Part shown: in pieces, positions 49,952-61,260 of the stretch
Layout of the letters: each line of letters opens with the position of its first letter
How positions within the stretch are numbered: the first letter of the stretch is position 1
Virus record (IMG/VR): IMGVR_UViG_3300048583_000034
Coordinates: 35,181 to 99,180 of that record
DNA length: 64,000 nt
Reading direction: 5' to 3' (one strand)
Source of the DNA: a virus
Notes under the pieces: model-generated
The model's input: the letters and a program-made list of their open reading frames with translations, nothing else
Database searches by the model: none
What the model was told of the DNA's origin: nothing
Position numbers and translations under genes: made by a program

Positions 49952-50335
49952 TTAAAGTGTGCCGTCGTGGAGTCTACCACCATTTACAGTCATTTCAAAT
50001 CCATGTCCATAATATCCATTGTGGACATTGAACAGATGAAGATATTTCACTCCACCATTTGATTCATTCACAAGCTTGAAGATTGCCATTGCGCCATCGT
50101 AGCAACCCGCATTGGATTCTTGGAAGAATTCGGTGTCAAATCTATATCCTTCCAAATCTTCAGCAGCTTTATCATAGCCATCGTTGCTCTTATCGGTATC
50201 ATAATGAATTTCATTATTGATGAACCAGTCAGCATGTTCACAGCACGATTGTCCCATATCGTATCCAACTAAGACATTATTTTCATCAACAAAGTTTACT
50301 TTGCTGGACCAACCTTCTCCTTGAAATACTTTCAT
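49952..50335 (-). CDS. hypothetical protein
   Basis: QSCCE...HNGYYGH. Confidence 0.75.
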   Translation of the reverse strand: MKVFQGEGWSSKVNFVDENNVLVGYDMGQSCCEHADWFINNEIHYDTDKSNDGYDKAAEDLEGYRFDTEFFQESNAGCYDGAMAIFKLVNESNGGVKYLHLFNVHNGYYGHGFEMTVNGGRLHDGTL

Positions 50336-50771
50336 AATGTGATTATAGTCTAGTGTTTTATTGTTCTGCTTTTCCTTTTAGTTCCACCTGAAATGAGGAA
50401 CCCATGTTCCCACCCCATATATTACGTGGTTGAATCTCGACAATATCTACTTCTTTACCGATAAATCTCATATTGGTCTCGATCAAACTTTTAATATTTG
50501 GATCTTTTGCTTGAACAATTATTTGTTCATTTACGATTGTCGCAGTGGCAGGATGTTTAACATAAGTCCACTTACCTGCGGGTGCAATACTGCAAAAGAT
50601 TAATACTCCAATAGTCATAATTATACCAATTATCACACCAAATTCGTTATCAATAGCCACGCCAATAATAGAGATTGCTATACCAATTATTACCAAGATG
50701 AAAAATAGAAAAGGGTCCATATTATTTTGAGTTGTAAGCAGGGTGGTATTTCACACCCTGCTCCATTTGAA

Positions 50772-51791
50772 TTACAGCAATACTACAAGAGTTCCATCAA
50801 CTTGTGTCCAACTAGCTTCCAGAGATTGGAGAGCATCCAAGACTTCTTCTTTGCTCACCCAATTAGGTGTGAAAGAGTTTTGGATTTGTCGAACAGTGAT
50901 TTCATCTACACCAGCATTGCGCTTGTTTTGCATATATCTTGCAACCTTGGCGATAACATCCTTGCGGGAAGTATCAGCAGCACCATCATCAACCTTAGTC
51001 AAAGGTGCAAGGTTTTCATCGACAACAGAGAAGACGATTTCTTCAACGAAGTCAGAAACAACCTCATACTTAGTCACGCGGCACTTTTGACAATTGCAGT
51101 CATTAGGCACAGATACAACATCCTTTGGATTGACTTTGACGATGATAAGCTTTGGAGCAAATCCGCGAGCATAATCAAGAGATCCACAATGGAGACCAGA
51201 TGAACAATGAATATTACGATCATCGTTGACATCACGACGACGAACTTCGATAACTTCACCAATACCATTATAGATGCGTCCAGTATCGTCTACCTTGCCT
51301 TGGAGCACCTTTGTCTCAGTGTTACCAGTAGAAGAGTAGTAATCGGTTCTGACACCCTTGTAAGCAAGGAAACAACCATCTTCAGTAATAGCAAGTTCCT
51401 TATAATCCAAGAAATCTGTAAGTTCCTTAACGGATTGTGCAGATGGATTCTGTGAAAGGTTTTCCCAGAACTTGACAAAGTGATCAAGTGGAAGATCTTC
51501 AGCAACGATAGAGAGGATCTTATCTTGGAAAGCCTTTGGAAGTTGTTCACCATCATACCAGACACTTTCAACACCATCTTCCACAATGAAGTCAAACCCT
51601 TCGGATTGATTAATAATGGCAGCAGCATTGATCTTAGGATTAAGAATCTTATTGACAGCATCCTCTTGCTCATCAGCAGGAAGCTTGAAGACTTGAATAA
51701 TTTTCGCGTAATCCTTATCGGTCTTTTCGATACGGATATTCTTTCCTCCAATGAAGAGAAGAATCGCTTTCGTATTAATTGCGTATTTCAT
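50772..51791 (-). CDS. rIIB: RIIB-like protein
   Basis: FWENL..NPS, ITEDGCFLAYKGV, CSSGLHCG, KVNPKDVVSVP. Confidence 0.85.
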   Translation of the reverse strand: MKYAINTKAILLFIGGKNIRIEKTDKDYAKIIQVFKLPADEQEDAVNKILNPKINAAAIINQSEGFDFIVEDGVESVWYDGEQLPKAFQDKILSIVAEDLPLDHFVKFWENLSQNPSAQSVKELTDFLDYKELAITEDGCFLAYKGVRTDYYSSTGNTETKVLQGKVDDTGRIYNGIGEVIEVRRRDVNDDRNIHCSSGLHCGSLDYARGFAPKLIIVKVNPKDVVSVPNDCNCQKCRVTKYEVVSDFVEEIVFSVVDENLAPLTKVDDGAADTSRKDVIAKVARYMQNKRNAGVDEITVRQIQNSFTPNWVSKEEVLDALQSLEASWTQVDGTLVVLL

Positions 51792-51823
51792 GTTCGTATA
51801 GTTTACTCTAGTGTTTTATAAAG

Positions 51824-52150
51824 TCAAGGGGCAATTCCAGTATCCCAAGAGTATTCTCCATCTTGTTCATACTCTTCAACGAAATTTTCGTATTCTTTAG
51901 ATGGGGTGTCCAGAGAGATTCGATATTCTTCAAATTTTGCATCCTCACCGTCCCACCTAGCTTCTTTAATGATGACTGGGGTTCCTTTGATGATCCTCAT
52001 AACTTGATCCATCACCCAATCTTTATGATGTGATCCATCAATTTGACCATATGATGCGATCCAATATTCTATCCAATCAAGAGCAGTGTAATCCTTAAAG
52101 AATGAAGTCTTGGTAATATCGACATCAAATTCTCCTATATAACCTTTCAT
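51824..52150 (-). CDS. conserved phage hypothetical protein
   Basis: YGQIDGSHHKDWV..WDTGIAP. Confidence 0.75.
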   Translation of the reverse strand: MKGYIGEFDVDITKTSFFKDYTALDWIEYWIASYGQIDGSHHKDWVMDQVMRIIKGTPVIIKEARWDGEDAKFEEYRISLDTPSKEYENFVEEYEQDGEYSWDTGIAP

Positions 52151-52571
52151 GATTTGGCAGCATTGGATTTGATACCAGCCATAGTCCTACGATATTTACC
52201 GAGGATATCATAGAGTGGATTCTGGTGTTGTGACAGGAATACAGCTACATCAGTAGCAGTAAGATTACCACCCTTACCGGATGATTGGAGGAATCCACGA
52301 ATATTCAGCATGAGTTCATGGTTTTCCGCTTGAATGCGATCATCAAATAGACGACCATCCTTTGTTTTGAATGATTTTACTTGTTGCATATTAATCAATA
52401 ATTGTCATGTTTTGTTCTACGAACTCTTTGGTATTGGCATAGAGTTCACCCTTTGGTCCGATGGAAATATAGTCGGGATATGTAACGTTCTTGCGAGCAC
52501 TAATAGTCTTCCATTCCTTTGGAATGTCTTTGACTTCTTTGACTTTCATGTAAATAGCTTACGCTAGTGTT

Positions 52572-53060
52572 TTACCAATCGTATTCAAACCCGGAAGTCT
52601 TTGTCCTAATCACATACTCAGTTAGAGTATCGACTAGTTCATTGAAGGAAAATTTATATGTCTCTCCATCAAACTTAAACAATTCAAGAATAGGAGAATT
52701 CAATTCTTCTTCGGTGAAATCTTCGAATTCTCTTTCCATTTCTGGGTCAAATTCCATACCAACCTCATCCATGAATCCTTCAATGAAGGAAGAGAATGTG
52801 ATATTTTGATGCCTCTCAGCATAGTCCAAATAAAAATAAAATGGACGAACATGTGGAAGATTCTCATCAGGAACCTTACCTTTTAGAGTTTTCTCTGCTA
52901 AAGCTTTGAATGGGTAAGCAATAAAACTATCCACTGGATAGATATCATCAATCATCTCAAATTTGTTATATGGATCGATTGATGGATCTTTAAGGATCTT
53001 CTCAGCTTCTTCATATTGTAAAGCTTTCAGAGCTTCTAGTTTTGATTTATATTCACTCAT
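52572..53060 (-). CDS. acidic hypothetical protein
   Basis: Promoter-led ORF. Confidence 0.7.
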   Translation of the reverse strand: MSEYKSKLEALKALQYEEAEKILKDPSIDPYNKFEMIDDIYPVDSFIAYPFKALAEKTLKGKVPDENLPHVRPFYFYLDYAERHQNITFSSFIEGFMDEVGMEFDPEMEREFEDFTEEELNSPILELFKFDGETYKFSFNELVDTLTEYVIRTKTSGFEYDW

Positions 53061-53094
53061 ATAAGTATATTAGTCTAGTGTTTAATGAAGGATA

Positions 53095-53230
53095 GGTGGC
53101 AGTATTTCATACCACCCATCCGGGCCTACCGCTAGAGGTAGAGTCTCCACCACTTCTAATTATGTGGAATTTACTGTCGATCTTAATGGGTATTTCAAGG
53201 TTTCAGAATTCTTCCACCTACTATAAACCC
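53095..53230 (-). ncRNA. structured RNA downstream of NAMPT, L1-stalk-like motifs
   Basis: TAGGTGG/CCACCTA stem; TAGGTGGAAG...ACCTTGAAATACC. Confidence 0.45.
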
Positions 53231-53243
53231 TTTTTCAATATAA

Positions 53244-54827
53244 TTAGAAGTTCTTTGCGACTTTATCGCGAATCTCTTGAAGAGTCCAGTCCTTTTTCAG
53301 AACTCCATTAGCAAAGACTTGCACGAATGCACAATTCTTAACTTCATCCCAAGTAGCTTGATCCTTCATAGTGAAGATGCCATCAGCATCTTCATACACA
53401 GCAATCAAACCCTTAGCACTCTTCTTCAAACCATCATCGGTCTTAGGATCTTTGAAGATCTCAATACCTTTACGTTCGCCATCAACAAGAACTTCACCAT
53501 ATGTCGATTTGACAGCGAATCCATGAGTATCACGGGTGATGATAGCATCTTTATCGATAGCACCTTGATAAGTAAAGCTTCCGATACCATAGACAAGGTT
53601 TGTCGATGCGAATCCTTTAGCTTCCAAACGTTCACAAATTTGTGTGGCACGTTCCAAGGTAATACTATCACCATAAATTGCACCGATATGGCTATCGAGT
53701 TGTTTATAACCCTTACTGGTAGTAGTTCCACCAAAGATTTCCCAGAGACATACGATCATGCCCTTGACTTCATCTTCAGTAAGTTGTTTACCAGTAGATT
53801 TATCATAGAGATTACCGTCTCGAAGTCTACCAACTTCATCTGGCATATAACCAGTAACAATCTTCACTGGATCTCCACTATCAGGACGAATGACAACCTT
53901 GCCATCACGGGCCATGATAACATCTTTCAATGATGTAAGAATACCACCGCTAGGTGTAATCACATGCCAAAAATCATAAGTGTCGCTAACTAGACTAACA
54001 ATTCCACCGGGATAAACTTCAGTGATCATCCTCAAGAAATATGCAAAGTCATCAGCTTTACCATTTTCATCATAAGTAGATCCCATACAAGCGACCGAGT
54101 GTTCCGATGCTGCCACACTACCACCAACAAGTTCCTTATCGGAATCTGCATTATAGTATTGTTCCAAGAAATCAATAGCAGGAACAGTATCAGTTCCAGC
54201 AAAACTCAGCAAGTGAGCAGCACCACTCATAACAGCAGCTTCATAACCAAAGTGTCCACGGAAACTGAAGTCATGACCTTGCCATGGCACAAACTCAATC
54301 ATTTCAGGATTGGTCTTATTAGCCCACTCATTAAGAATCTTGCGATACATAAGAGCAGTGGTGGCACTTGTGCAAGTTCCCCAAGTCGATGCCGAGATAA
54401 TAGTTTCAATAGCATTGGTCAACCAGAAGAAACGATCATCAGTATTCCACATTACAAACATCGGAACACGAAGATCTACATTAGAACCTTCAGGCAATGC
54501 CCAAATTTCAAGTGGAAGATGTCCGAGAGCATGAAGATCACGAATATGTTGATCACCAATAGCATTAGGTCCAAGATAGTTATTGAGACGGCGTGTATAA
54601 CGCTTAACAACAACTTCGATGTCTTGAGAGAAGAAATCTCTATCCCAATCACCCATAAGGTGTTTCTTGATAAAGGCTTGAAGTCCAAACTTGATAACTT
54701 TCTTCAGACCTTTAACACGACTGCCACGGGCAGTCAAATTACTAAAGACCAAGAGACAGTTACTTGGATATTGGCGGCGATGGTCACATTTGTAACCATC
54801 ATAGGTTAGTTCAGGATTAATTGTCAT
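53244..54827 (-). CDS. nadV: nicotinamide phosphoribosyltransferase-like (Namat/NARP1 candidate)
   Basis: DGYK..H..QYP, HDFSFRG, ASEHSV, SDTYD, IRPDSG, YGDSIT, KKSAKG. Confidence 0.92.
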   Translation of the reverse strand: MTINPELTYDGYKCDHRRQYPSNCLLVFSNLTARGSRVKGLKKVIKFGLQAFIKKHLMGDWDRDFFSQDIEVVVKRYTRRLNNYLGPNAIGDQHIRDLHALGHLPLEIWALPEGSNVDLRVPMFVMWNTDDRFFWLTNAIETIISASTWGTCTSATTALMYRKILNEWANKTNPEMIEFVPWQGHDFSFRGHFGYEAAVMSGAAHLLSFAGTDTVPAIDFLEQYYNADSDKELVGGSVAASEHSVACMGSTYDENGKADDFAYFLRMITEVYPGGIVSLVSDTYDFWHVITPSGGILTSLKDVIMARDGKVVIRPDSGDPVKIVTGYMPDEVGRLRDGNLYDKSTGKQLTEDEVKGMIVCLWEIFGGTTTSKGYKQLDSHIGAIYGDSITLERATQICERLEAKGFASTNLVYGIGSFTYQGAIDKDAIITRDTHGFAVKSTYGEVLVDGERKGIEIFKDPKTDDGLKKSAKGLIAVYEDADGIFTMKDQATWDEVKNCAFVQVFANGVLKKDWTLQEIRDKVAKNF

Positions 54828-55859
54828 ATATAAATTATAGTCTAGTCTAGTGTTTTATTCACTCGCTTTAGACACATCACTATGGAATAGTGGAGCACCC
54901 GTCAATTCAGAAAGATTACAGTATGGCCTAGAGGTTCCTCTAAATTTAACTGGCATGAAAGCACCCCAGAAATTATGTGGATAAAATGCAAGAGGAGCAT
55001 TAGCTAGGGCAACCACTGCAACACCATCAGTAGTGTCTGCATCATGTTTGATGATGTCATCATCGGAAAAATACGCCCACAATCCTTCACCCTCTTCACC
55101 ATCCCAATCGATATTGATCTTTCGAAGATTTTCGTCTTTCAATTCAAATTCTTGAAAGCTCACACCATCACCTGATTTTAATTCAATTTTCATATTACAG
55201 TTTAAAGGACCAAACCTTATTCTTAGGGTGAACAAATGTGTTGAGGACACATTCCGCAATTTTTTTATGACTCATACCGTTAGAAGTCCCGAAAGAATAG
55301 GTAGTCGAATCATTCAATTCAACAGCAGATTCGGTAGATGATCCACCATCAGAAGGAATGCATAGATCTGGAGTATTGGTCGCCCATCCAAAGAAGCGAG
55401 CCACATCCATATCTGGTGTGCCATCTACAAATTCATCACCTCTAAGTGCATCCACTCCACACTTAATAGCTACATCTTGTGCTACTGCGAGACAACAACG
55501 ACCACCATTATCATACATATCACCAGTGGCTTTTTTCTTATTCTTCATAAGAGCATCGGCCCATAATTGGTTACGATACTTGATTTGTTGTGGGGTAGGA
55601 TTGAGTAAATTCTTTACTGGTTTCATATTTTTATTGTATTCTAGTGTTTAATGATTCATTTCGTTGGCGATGGCATCACCATCGACTATTTTAAGAGTGG
55701 CAGAGCATTCCTCACATCCAAGATAAAAGATGGGACCAATTTCGTTCATTTTAAGTCTACCATCTTGAACTCCACCATAGTTCCTAACATCCGCATGCCA
55801 AGTCAATTGGGTAGATCCACAATCTTTACATGATTCGGGGACTTTTAAAAATTTGAATT

Positions 55860-56174
55860 TCATAATGCTATTCCTAAACTTAAAACTAACGTGTCATCTA
55901 TAATGTTTGCGCTATGCTCAACGATATCAGGTCTGAACAAATGAAAGCTTCCCATATACTGGGTATCACCATAGATACCCTTAAAGAAGTTCCACTTACC
56001 ATATAGAGTCAGATTGAAACGATAATGTTTTTTACCTTCTACCAGATCAAGATGTGGTTCGATTTCAGAACCTTTACCTAATTTCAACAGGTAACAATCA
56101 GTATTGAACTTGCTCCATATCTTCAATTTCTTCAAAGACATGGTCGCATCTTGTCTACCTGTTTCCCATTTCAT
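55860..56174 (-). CDS. 2OG-Fe(II) oxygenase-like cupin
   Basis: W..GRQ, PHLD, FRPD..EHS. Confidence 0.6.
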   Translation of the reverse strand: MKWETGRQDATMSLKKLKIWSKFNTDCYLLKLGKGSEIEPHLDLVEGKKHYRFNLTLYGKWNFFKGIYGDTQYMGSFHLFRPDIVEHSANIIDDTLVLSLGIAL

Positions 56175-56823
56175 GATTTTTCAAATTTTTTCTTTAACTC
56201 TTCGTATTGAAGTCTTTCATAAGCTAAACGCCTATCGTCATTTTCTTTCTCATATTTGAGCCTATCAGCCTCCTCCTCCTCAGTCTCCAACCTATCACCC
56301 ATTAGCTCACAATAGTATCCGCCCTCATATACTATATCTTCATTGATTCTGAGATTAGAGTAATCTGAATATTTTTCTTTGCAGAAGTTTAGACGTTCAA
56401 TAATTTCATCAATCGTTCCATCCATGTCCAAACGAGATATAAGGGAATACGTTTTAATTTTTTTCATAATGCTATTTTAATGTGATGGTTCTTCGCGGAC
56501 ATCGTCCCATTTTTCTCTCGAACGAAGATCAAATAACGAGTCTATATCGTAATGAGGATCAAAGATACTCAAACCTTTATACTTGAAGTTTTCTCTAGCT
56601 TCATGCTCTTCATATTGTAGAACTGCTTTCAGAGCAGTTGTGACAACTTCAGACTTTGTCATGAATTGACTCCACTTCCATTTTCTACCCTTTGATAGAT
56701 AAGGCTCACCAGATCTATTACATTCGGTATACTCTTGCAATTGGATGTAGTCGTCTCCTACGACAAATGAAAACCCGTTTTTATATTCAACAAGTTTTAG
56801 AATATCTACTAGTTCAACTTTAG

Positions 56824-57174
56824 TCATGGCTTCTTGACAGCACCATATAATTTTGGTGGCGCTTGGGGAAAGTATTTAAAAAATGCAGGACACAACCATG
56901 GTTGGAGTTCCCTATCGGGATCATCATAAGTTGTTCCATACGGAGAAGTTTCTTCCAAAGAAAGATCGCACTGATGATCAGGAAATTCGATATGAGAAAA
57001 CAACAAAGCAACTTGAAGTCCATCCACAATATCATGACCAGACTCAGAAGCCATTTGATCAATTAGATCATTGGTTTGTCCTACGAATGGTTCACTGACA
57101 AGTCCTCTTTGGTTATCATCAAATGACCAGATACCAAAGTTTCTAACGGGGAATAATACAAATATTGAGTTCAT
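56824..57174 (-). CDS. conserved hypothetical protein (DUF6717-like)
   Basis: W.FDD...GL..EPFV, WLCPA..KYF..PP. Confidence 0.65.
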   Translation of the reverse strand: MNSIFVLFPVRNFGIWSFDDNQRGLVSEPFVGQTNDLIDQMASESGHDIVDGLQVALLFSHIEFPDHQCDLSLEETSPYGTTYDDPDRELQPWLCPAFFKYFPQAPPKLYGAVKKP

Positions 57175-57648
57175 TATGTAAATTTCTTTTTTAGTCTTTC
57201 AAATTCTTGTCGGTCGCGTTCTTCTTGCTCTTTCTTGCGATAAGCTTCGACACGGATTCTTTCCTTTTCTTCTCTTTCTTTCTTATCGGCTAAGAATTTG
57301 TCACAGACTGCACCAACTTGCTTATAATCTTCAGTAGCGTTTCGCTTTTCTTCTGAGTATTCTTCGACTTCGATGTAGATTGAGGAATATTTGATCCCCC
57401 TATTCTCCATTCTTTTATAATCAAAAGGATAATGTTTAGCCTCCTCTTCGGCTCTCACGATCCACTTATTATAATCTCTGGCAATAGCTTCGTATAGTTC
57501 TTCTATTGAATAAGCTGATAATTCATATTCATGATCAGAATCATTACTATAATCCCAACCATAGTCACCATGCCATCTATGCCAAGGGATTACTTTGATC
57601 TTGTATTCAATTTCTTCGCTCATGTGTTAACCTATTGGTGGAACTTTT

Positions 57649-58575
57649 TCAAATTTTGATATCGAAACAAGTAAATCTATTATCAAAAGTATACGTATAT
57701 TCATCATAATTTCTTTTAGAATTCGTGGTATATACATGATCAAAAAATTCAATGGCCTTTTGAACACCTTCCACACAATCAGAATGAGTGGTGAATAGCA
57801 TCAATTTCCCAGCATTCTTTTGTCTTAGAACATTCCCTAGACCAATAAACGTGCCAGCCATCGAATTTATATCATCACAGATTAGAGTGGGATATCCACC
57901 AAGGTCATCAGCTTGGACGATGAATTCTTTCAACGAGCCATCCTTAACATCACGAACCTTTTCACATCGGATAAGATTGACCGTATTTTGTGGCCATTGT
58001 GTTGCCAAATGTTGAGCAATTTTACCCACACGCTTACCAGCACCAGCATCAGGACAAACAATGTTAATAGTCGTATCTTCTCTACCCGGAAGAGCATCAA
58101 CCAAGATCTGTTCAATGTAAGTTAATTCATCAAGGATCTCCACATTGTTTAAGAGAGCACCAACAACTTCACTATGAGGGCAAAGGATCGTAACCTTGCT
58201 GAAATTACAGCTATTGATAAGGTCAGCAAAGATACGAACAGTCAAAGGTTCACCAACATTACAGACTCGATCTTGACGAGCAGCAGGAAAGTAAGGAAGA
58301 AGCAATTGAATATCTTTGAATCCCATACGACGAGCAGCATCATTAGCAAGAATGATATCCATGATGTCATTCGAGCTATTGAAGCGTTGCGTAATCACCA
58401 AGGAAAGGTTATCCGATTTGGTGATAGGCGTGAGGATTTGTAGGTGTCTTTCGCCACCACGGAAATCGAATTTCTTATGTTCTAAGAGAACACCGTCTCG
58501 AAATGGACGAAAATTTTCATCCAAGTTTAGAATATATGGAAATTCGGTAGTTGACCAAAATTGATGTTGTCTCAT
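57649..58575 (-). CDS. prs: ribose-phosphate pyrophosphokinase-like (Adps/NARP1 candidate)
   Basis: F.GGE, PYFPAARQDR, PDAGA, ICDDI..AGTF. Confidence 0.9.
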   Translation of the reverse strand: MRQHQFWSTTEFPYILNLDENFRPFRDGVLLEHKKFDFRGGERHLQILTPITKSDNLSLVITQRFNSSNDIMDIILANDAARRMGFKDIQLLLPYFPAARQDRVCNVGEPLTVRIFADLINSCNFSKVTILCPHSEVVGALLNNVEILDELTYIEQILVDALPGREDTTINIVCPDAGAGKRVGKIAQHLATQWPQNTVNLIRCEKVRDVKDGSLKEFIVQADDLGGYPTLICDDINSMAGTFIGLGNVLRQKNAGKLMLFTTHSDCVEGVQKAIEFFDHVYTTNSKRNYDEYTYTFDNRFTCFDIKI

Positions 58576-58600
58576 GCTATGATTGTAGTCTAGTGTTTTA

Positions 58601-60475
58601 TTACTTGAGATTCATGATCTTTCTAAGATCATCTCTGGTCAAAAGAGTGGAATAGTTATCCATACTTTTAAGGATTCGTGCTCTTGGACTATCTTCTGCC
58701 ATAATCTTATTCTTGATAGTCTTGAAGATATTCAATCTATCTGGATTCTTTACCATTCTAGCGATAGCCTTTTGATTAGGTTTAACTCTCCACATAACGC
58801 TAGTAGCATTGATTTGAAGAGATTCCAATTCGCGTTGTTTGCGAATGACAGAATTCAATTCTTCAACTCTATCCTTATAACGATCAGAAGAAGGATCAAG
58901 CCAACCAAGTTCATACATGGTAGCGCAAAGCTTCTTACTATTAGAAGTCCAAAATCCAGCATAGGAACCATACTTACTAGTAAGTCCGATAGTTCTGTGA
59001 TTCAGAGTGTCGATGGTCTTCGCATCAGCGACCCAATCTTCATCCATATCAACTTGACTATACTTCCTATTTACAAAATCTTCCAGTTCATCAGGAGTGA
59101 AATCACCTTTTCTATGTCCACAGAAATTGGCAACATACTTCATCTTATCACCAGAAGACATGAGCTTAGGGAGACCAATCTTCTTAACATCAATAAAGTT
59201 GACATCAGATAGATCGATGGTTCCACCCTCAATAAGCAACTTCATGTTGTGGGTGTTCTTAATCCAAGCGTATTCGAACGCTGGAAAGGTTTGGGTATAA
59301 AAGGTGTTCAACCTCTTAATCCAAGACCTATAAGAATCGATATCTGGAATCAGATAAATCATGTATTTGCCATTGTCATTATGCAGAGTCGTTCCATTAT
59401 TCGAGAAAACAATATTTCTACGAAGATTGAACTCACTATAAAACACATTATTCACATTATGCGTGAACCAATCAAGAGTTTTAGAACCACTATAATGAGC
59501 AGCCATAACTTCAGCACCGAATTTAGGCTTAGTGATGGTTGAAGCTTCAGCATCAGAGATTACCTTGAGAGCGTTCTCAATTTCTTCAAGAACAGCAGTG
59601 TTCGCAGCAGTGACTTCCAACTCTTCTCTAGAGATAGGAATAGAAAGCTTACCAATTGGAACATCCACTACAATTTTGCCATTAGGTGCAGGCATAGCCA
59701 ACCTATGTTGCATTTCATACACCACACCACCCATACGAATAGCTACCGTATTAGTAGAATAAGGATCAAATGACTTATCATAGAGATTGAAGACAAATCC
59801 ATCAACAGTCTGTTTGAAGATAGGAGTCATAGGCTCATGAACATAGCCAGATGCATCCGTATAGATGATGTTCGAATCAGGAAGAAAGTTATTAACGAAC
59901 CTTTTCGTAGTGCCACTGAAACCATATTGATCAGTAACAGGAAGAGATACTTCCAGACCAGTTTCACTAGTAGGTTCTGGATCACTAACCTTATAAATCT
60001 CACCAACAGGAACTCCATGAGAACCAGCACCCAGAATACATGCGTATTGGGTCTTGAATCCTTCATGATAAGAAGTCACATAAAAACTGTCAGAGACCGC
60101 AAATGGACTAAGAGCACCAATACCAAATCCACCGACTTGATCATTGTTACCACGCTTATCAGATCCACCATACATACCAAAGATGGTGCGGATGTTTGTC
60201 TCACTAAGACCATTGGCGTAATCACGCACAGACCAAACAAACTCTTGATTGATCTTAGAGAGTTTGACTTCAACTGGTGCAGTCACTCCAAACTTAACAT
60301 GTTCATCTCTAGCATTCGTGATAGTTTCACGAACACAAGCCAAGACCTTATCAGTATAGATTTTGTCCCGCAAGTAGGACGACAACATATCACCAGCACC
60401 TTCGGCCACTCCCATGCGAGATACCTCCATCTCTTCTGAGGCAATCGTTGGGGATGTATTAAACTGTAGTTTCAT
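58601..60475 (-). CDS. rIIA: RIIA-like protein (GHKL ATPase N-domain)
   Basis: RETITNARD, VRDYANGLS, GGFGIG, SREEL. Confidence 0.85.
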   Translation of the reverse strand: MKLQFNTSPTIASEEMEVSRMGVAEGAGDMLSSYLRDKIYTDKVLACVRETITNARDEHVKFGVTAPVEVKLSKINQEFVWSVRDYANGLSETNIRTIFGMYGGSDKRGNNDQVGGFGIGALSPFAVSDSFYVTSYHEGFKTQYACILGAGSHGVPVGEIYKVSDPEPTSETGLEVSLPVTDQYGFSGTTKRFVNNFLPDSNIIYTDASGYVHEPMTPIFKQTVDGFVFNLYDKSFDPYSTNTVAIRMGGVVYEMQHRLAMPAPNGKIVVDVPIGKLSIPISREELEVTAANTAVLEEIENALKVISDAEASTITKPKFGAEVMAAHYSGSKTLDWFTHNVNNVFYSEFNLRRNIVFSNNGTTLHNDNGKYMIYLIPDIDSYRSWIKRLNTFYTQTFPAFEYAWIKNTHNMKLLIEGGTIDLSDVNFIDVKKIGLPKLMSSGDKMKYVANFCGHRKGDFTPDELEDFVNRKYSQVDMDEDWVADAKTIDTLNHRTIGLTSKYGSYAGFWTSNSKKLCATMYELGWLDPSSDRYKDRVEELNSVIRKQRELESLQINATSVMWRVKPNQKAIARMVKNPDRLNIFKTIKNKIMAEDSPRARILKSMDNYSTLLTRDDLRKIMNLK

Positions 60476-60537
60476 AATACCTATAGTATATTTTAGTGTT
60501 TTATTGGAAAAATTCTTCCTACGGGATAAATAATAAC

Positions 60538-61260
60538 ATGACGAAAGAATGCAGTAAATGTGGGCAGGTTAAGAGTATCGAACATTTTGATAAATGCAAA
60601 TTGGTTAAAAGTGGATTATATCCATCTTGTAAAGTTTGTAGAAAGGAATGGCGTGCATCGCACAAAGAGACCACAAAAATCAAAGATAAAGAATATTATG
60701 ATCGAATAAAAGACACGGAGGAATATAAACAAAAATGGGATATTTATTACGCTAAAAATAAGGAGAAAATAAAATCCAGAGTTCGCGCACATTATAATGA
60801 TAATAGAACCATTATGAATAAAAGGGCCAACGAAAGAAAATCTAAAAAATATTATAATGATGAATCATTCAATCTTCTATGTAAGATAAGATCTATGATA
60901 CCTAGGACTATAAAAGGTAGAAAATGCAAATCCATCCATTATGTGGGAGTTGAAACCGCGAAACAATTTTTGGATATTATGTCTACCAAAACCAATAACC
61001 CTAATTGGATAAATGATAAGTATCAAATTGATCACATATGGCAGGTTCACTGGTTTGAAGACGCATTGAGAAATGATCCAGAAGCAGTATCAAGGATCAT
61101 ACATAATCACAGTAATCTAAGGCCCATCCCAGCCAATGAAAACATTAATAGGGACAAGTTTGATTATACTTGTTTATCATTGAGAGATTTGGAAAAATAT
61201 AAACCCTATCTAAATAAGAATATCCTCCAACAAATTGAAAATTATTTCATATTAGTATAA
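60538..61260 (+). CDS. HNH-like homing endonuclease (antisense)
   Basis: CSKC..CKVC; QIDHI..HSNLRPI..EN; TAAATA at 60527. Confidence 0.8.
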   Translation: MTKECSKCGQVKSIEHFDKCKLVKSGLYPSCKVCRKEWRASHKETTKIKDKEYYDRIKDTEEYKQKWDIYYAKNKEKIKSRVRAHYNDNRTIMNKRANERKSKKYYNDESFNLLCKIRSMIPRTIKGRKCKSIHYVGVETAKQFLDIMSTKTNNPNWINDKYQIDHIWQVHWFEDALRNDPEAVSRIIHNHSNLRPIPANENINRDKFDYTCLSLRDLEKYKPYLNKNILQQIENYFILV

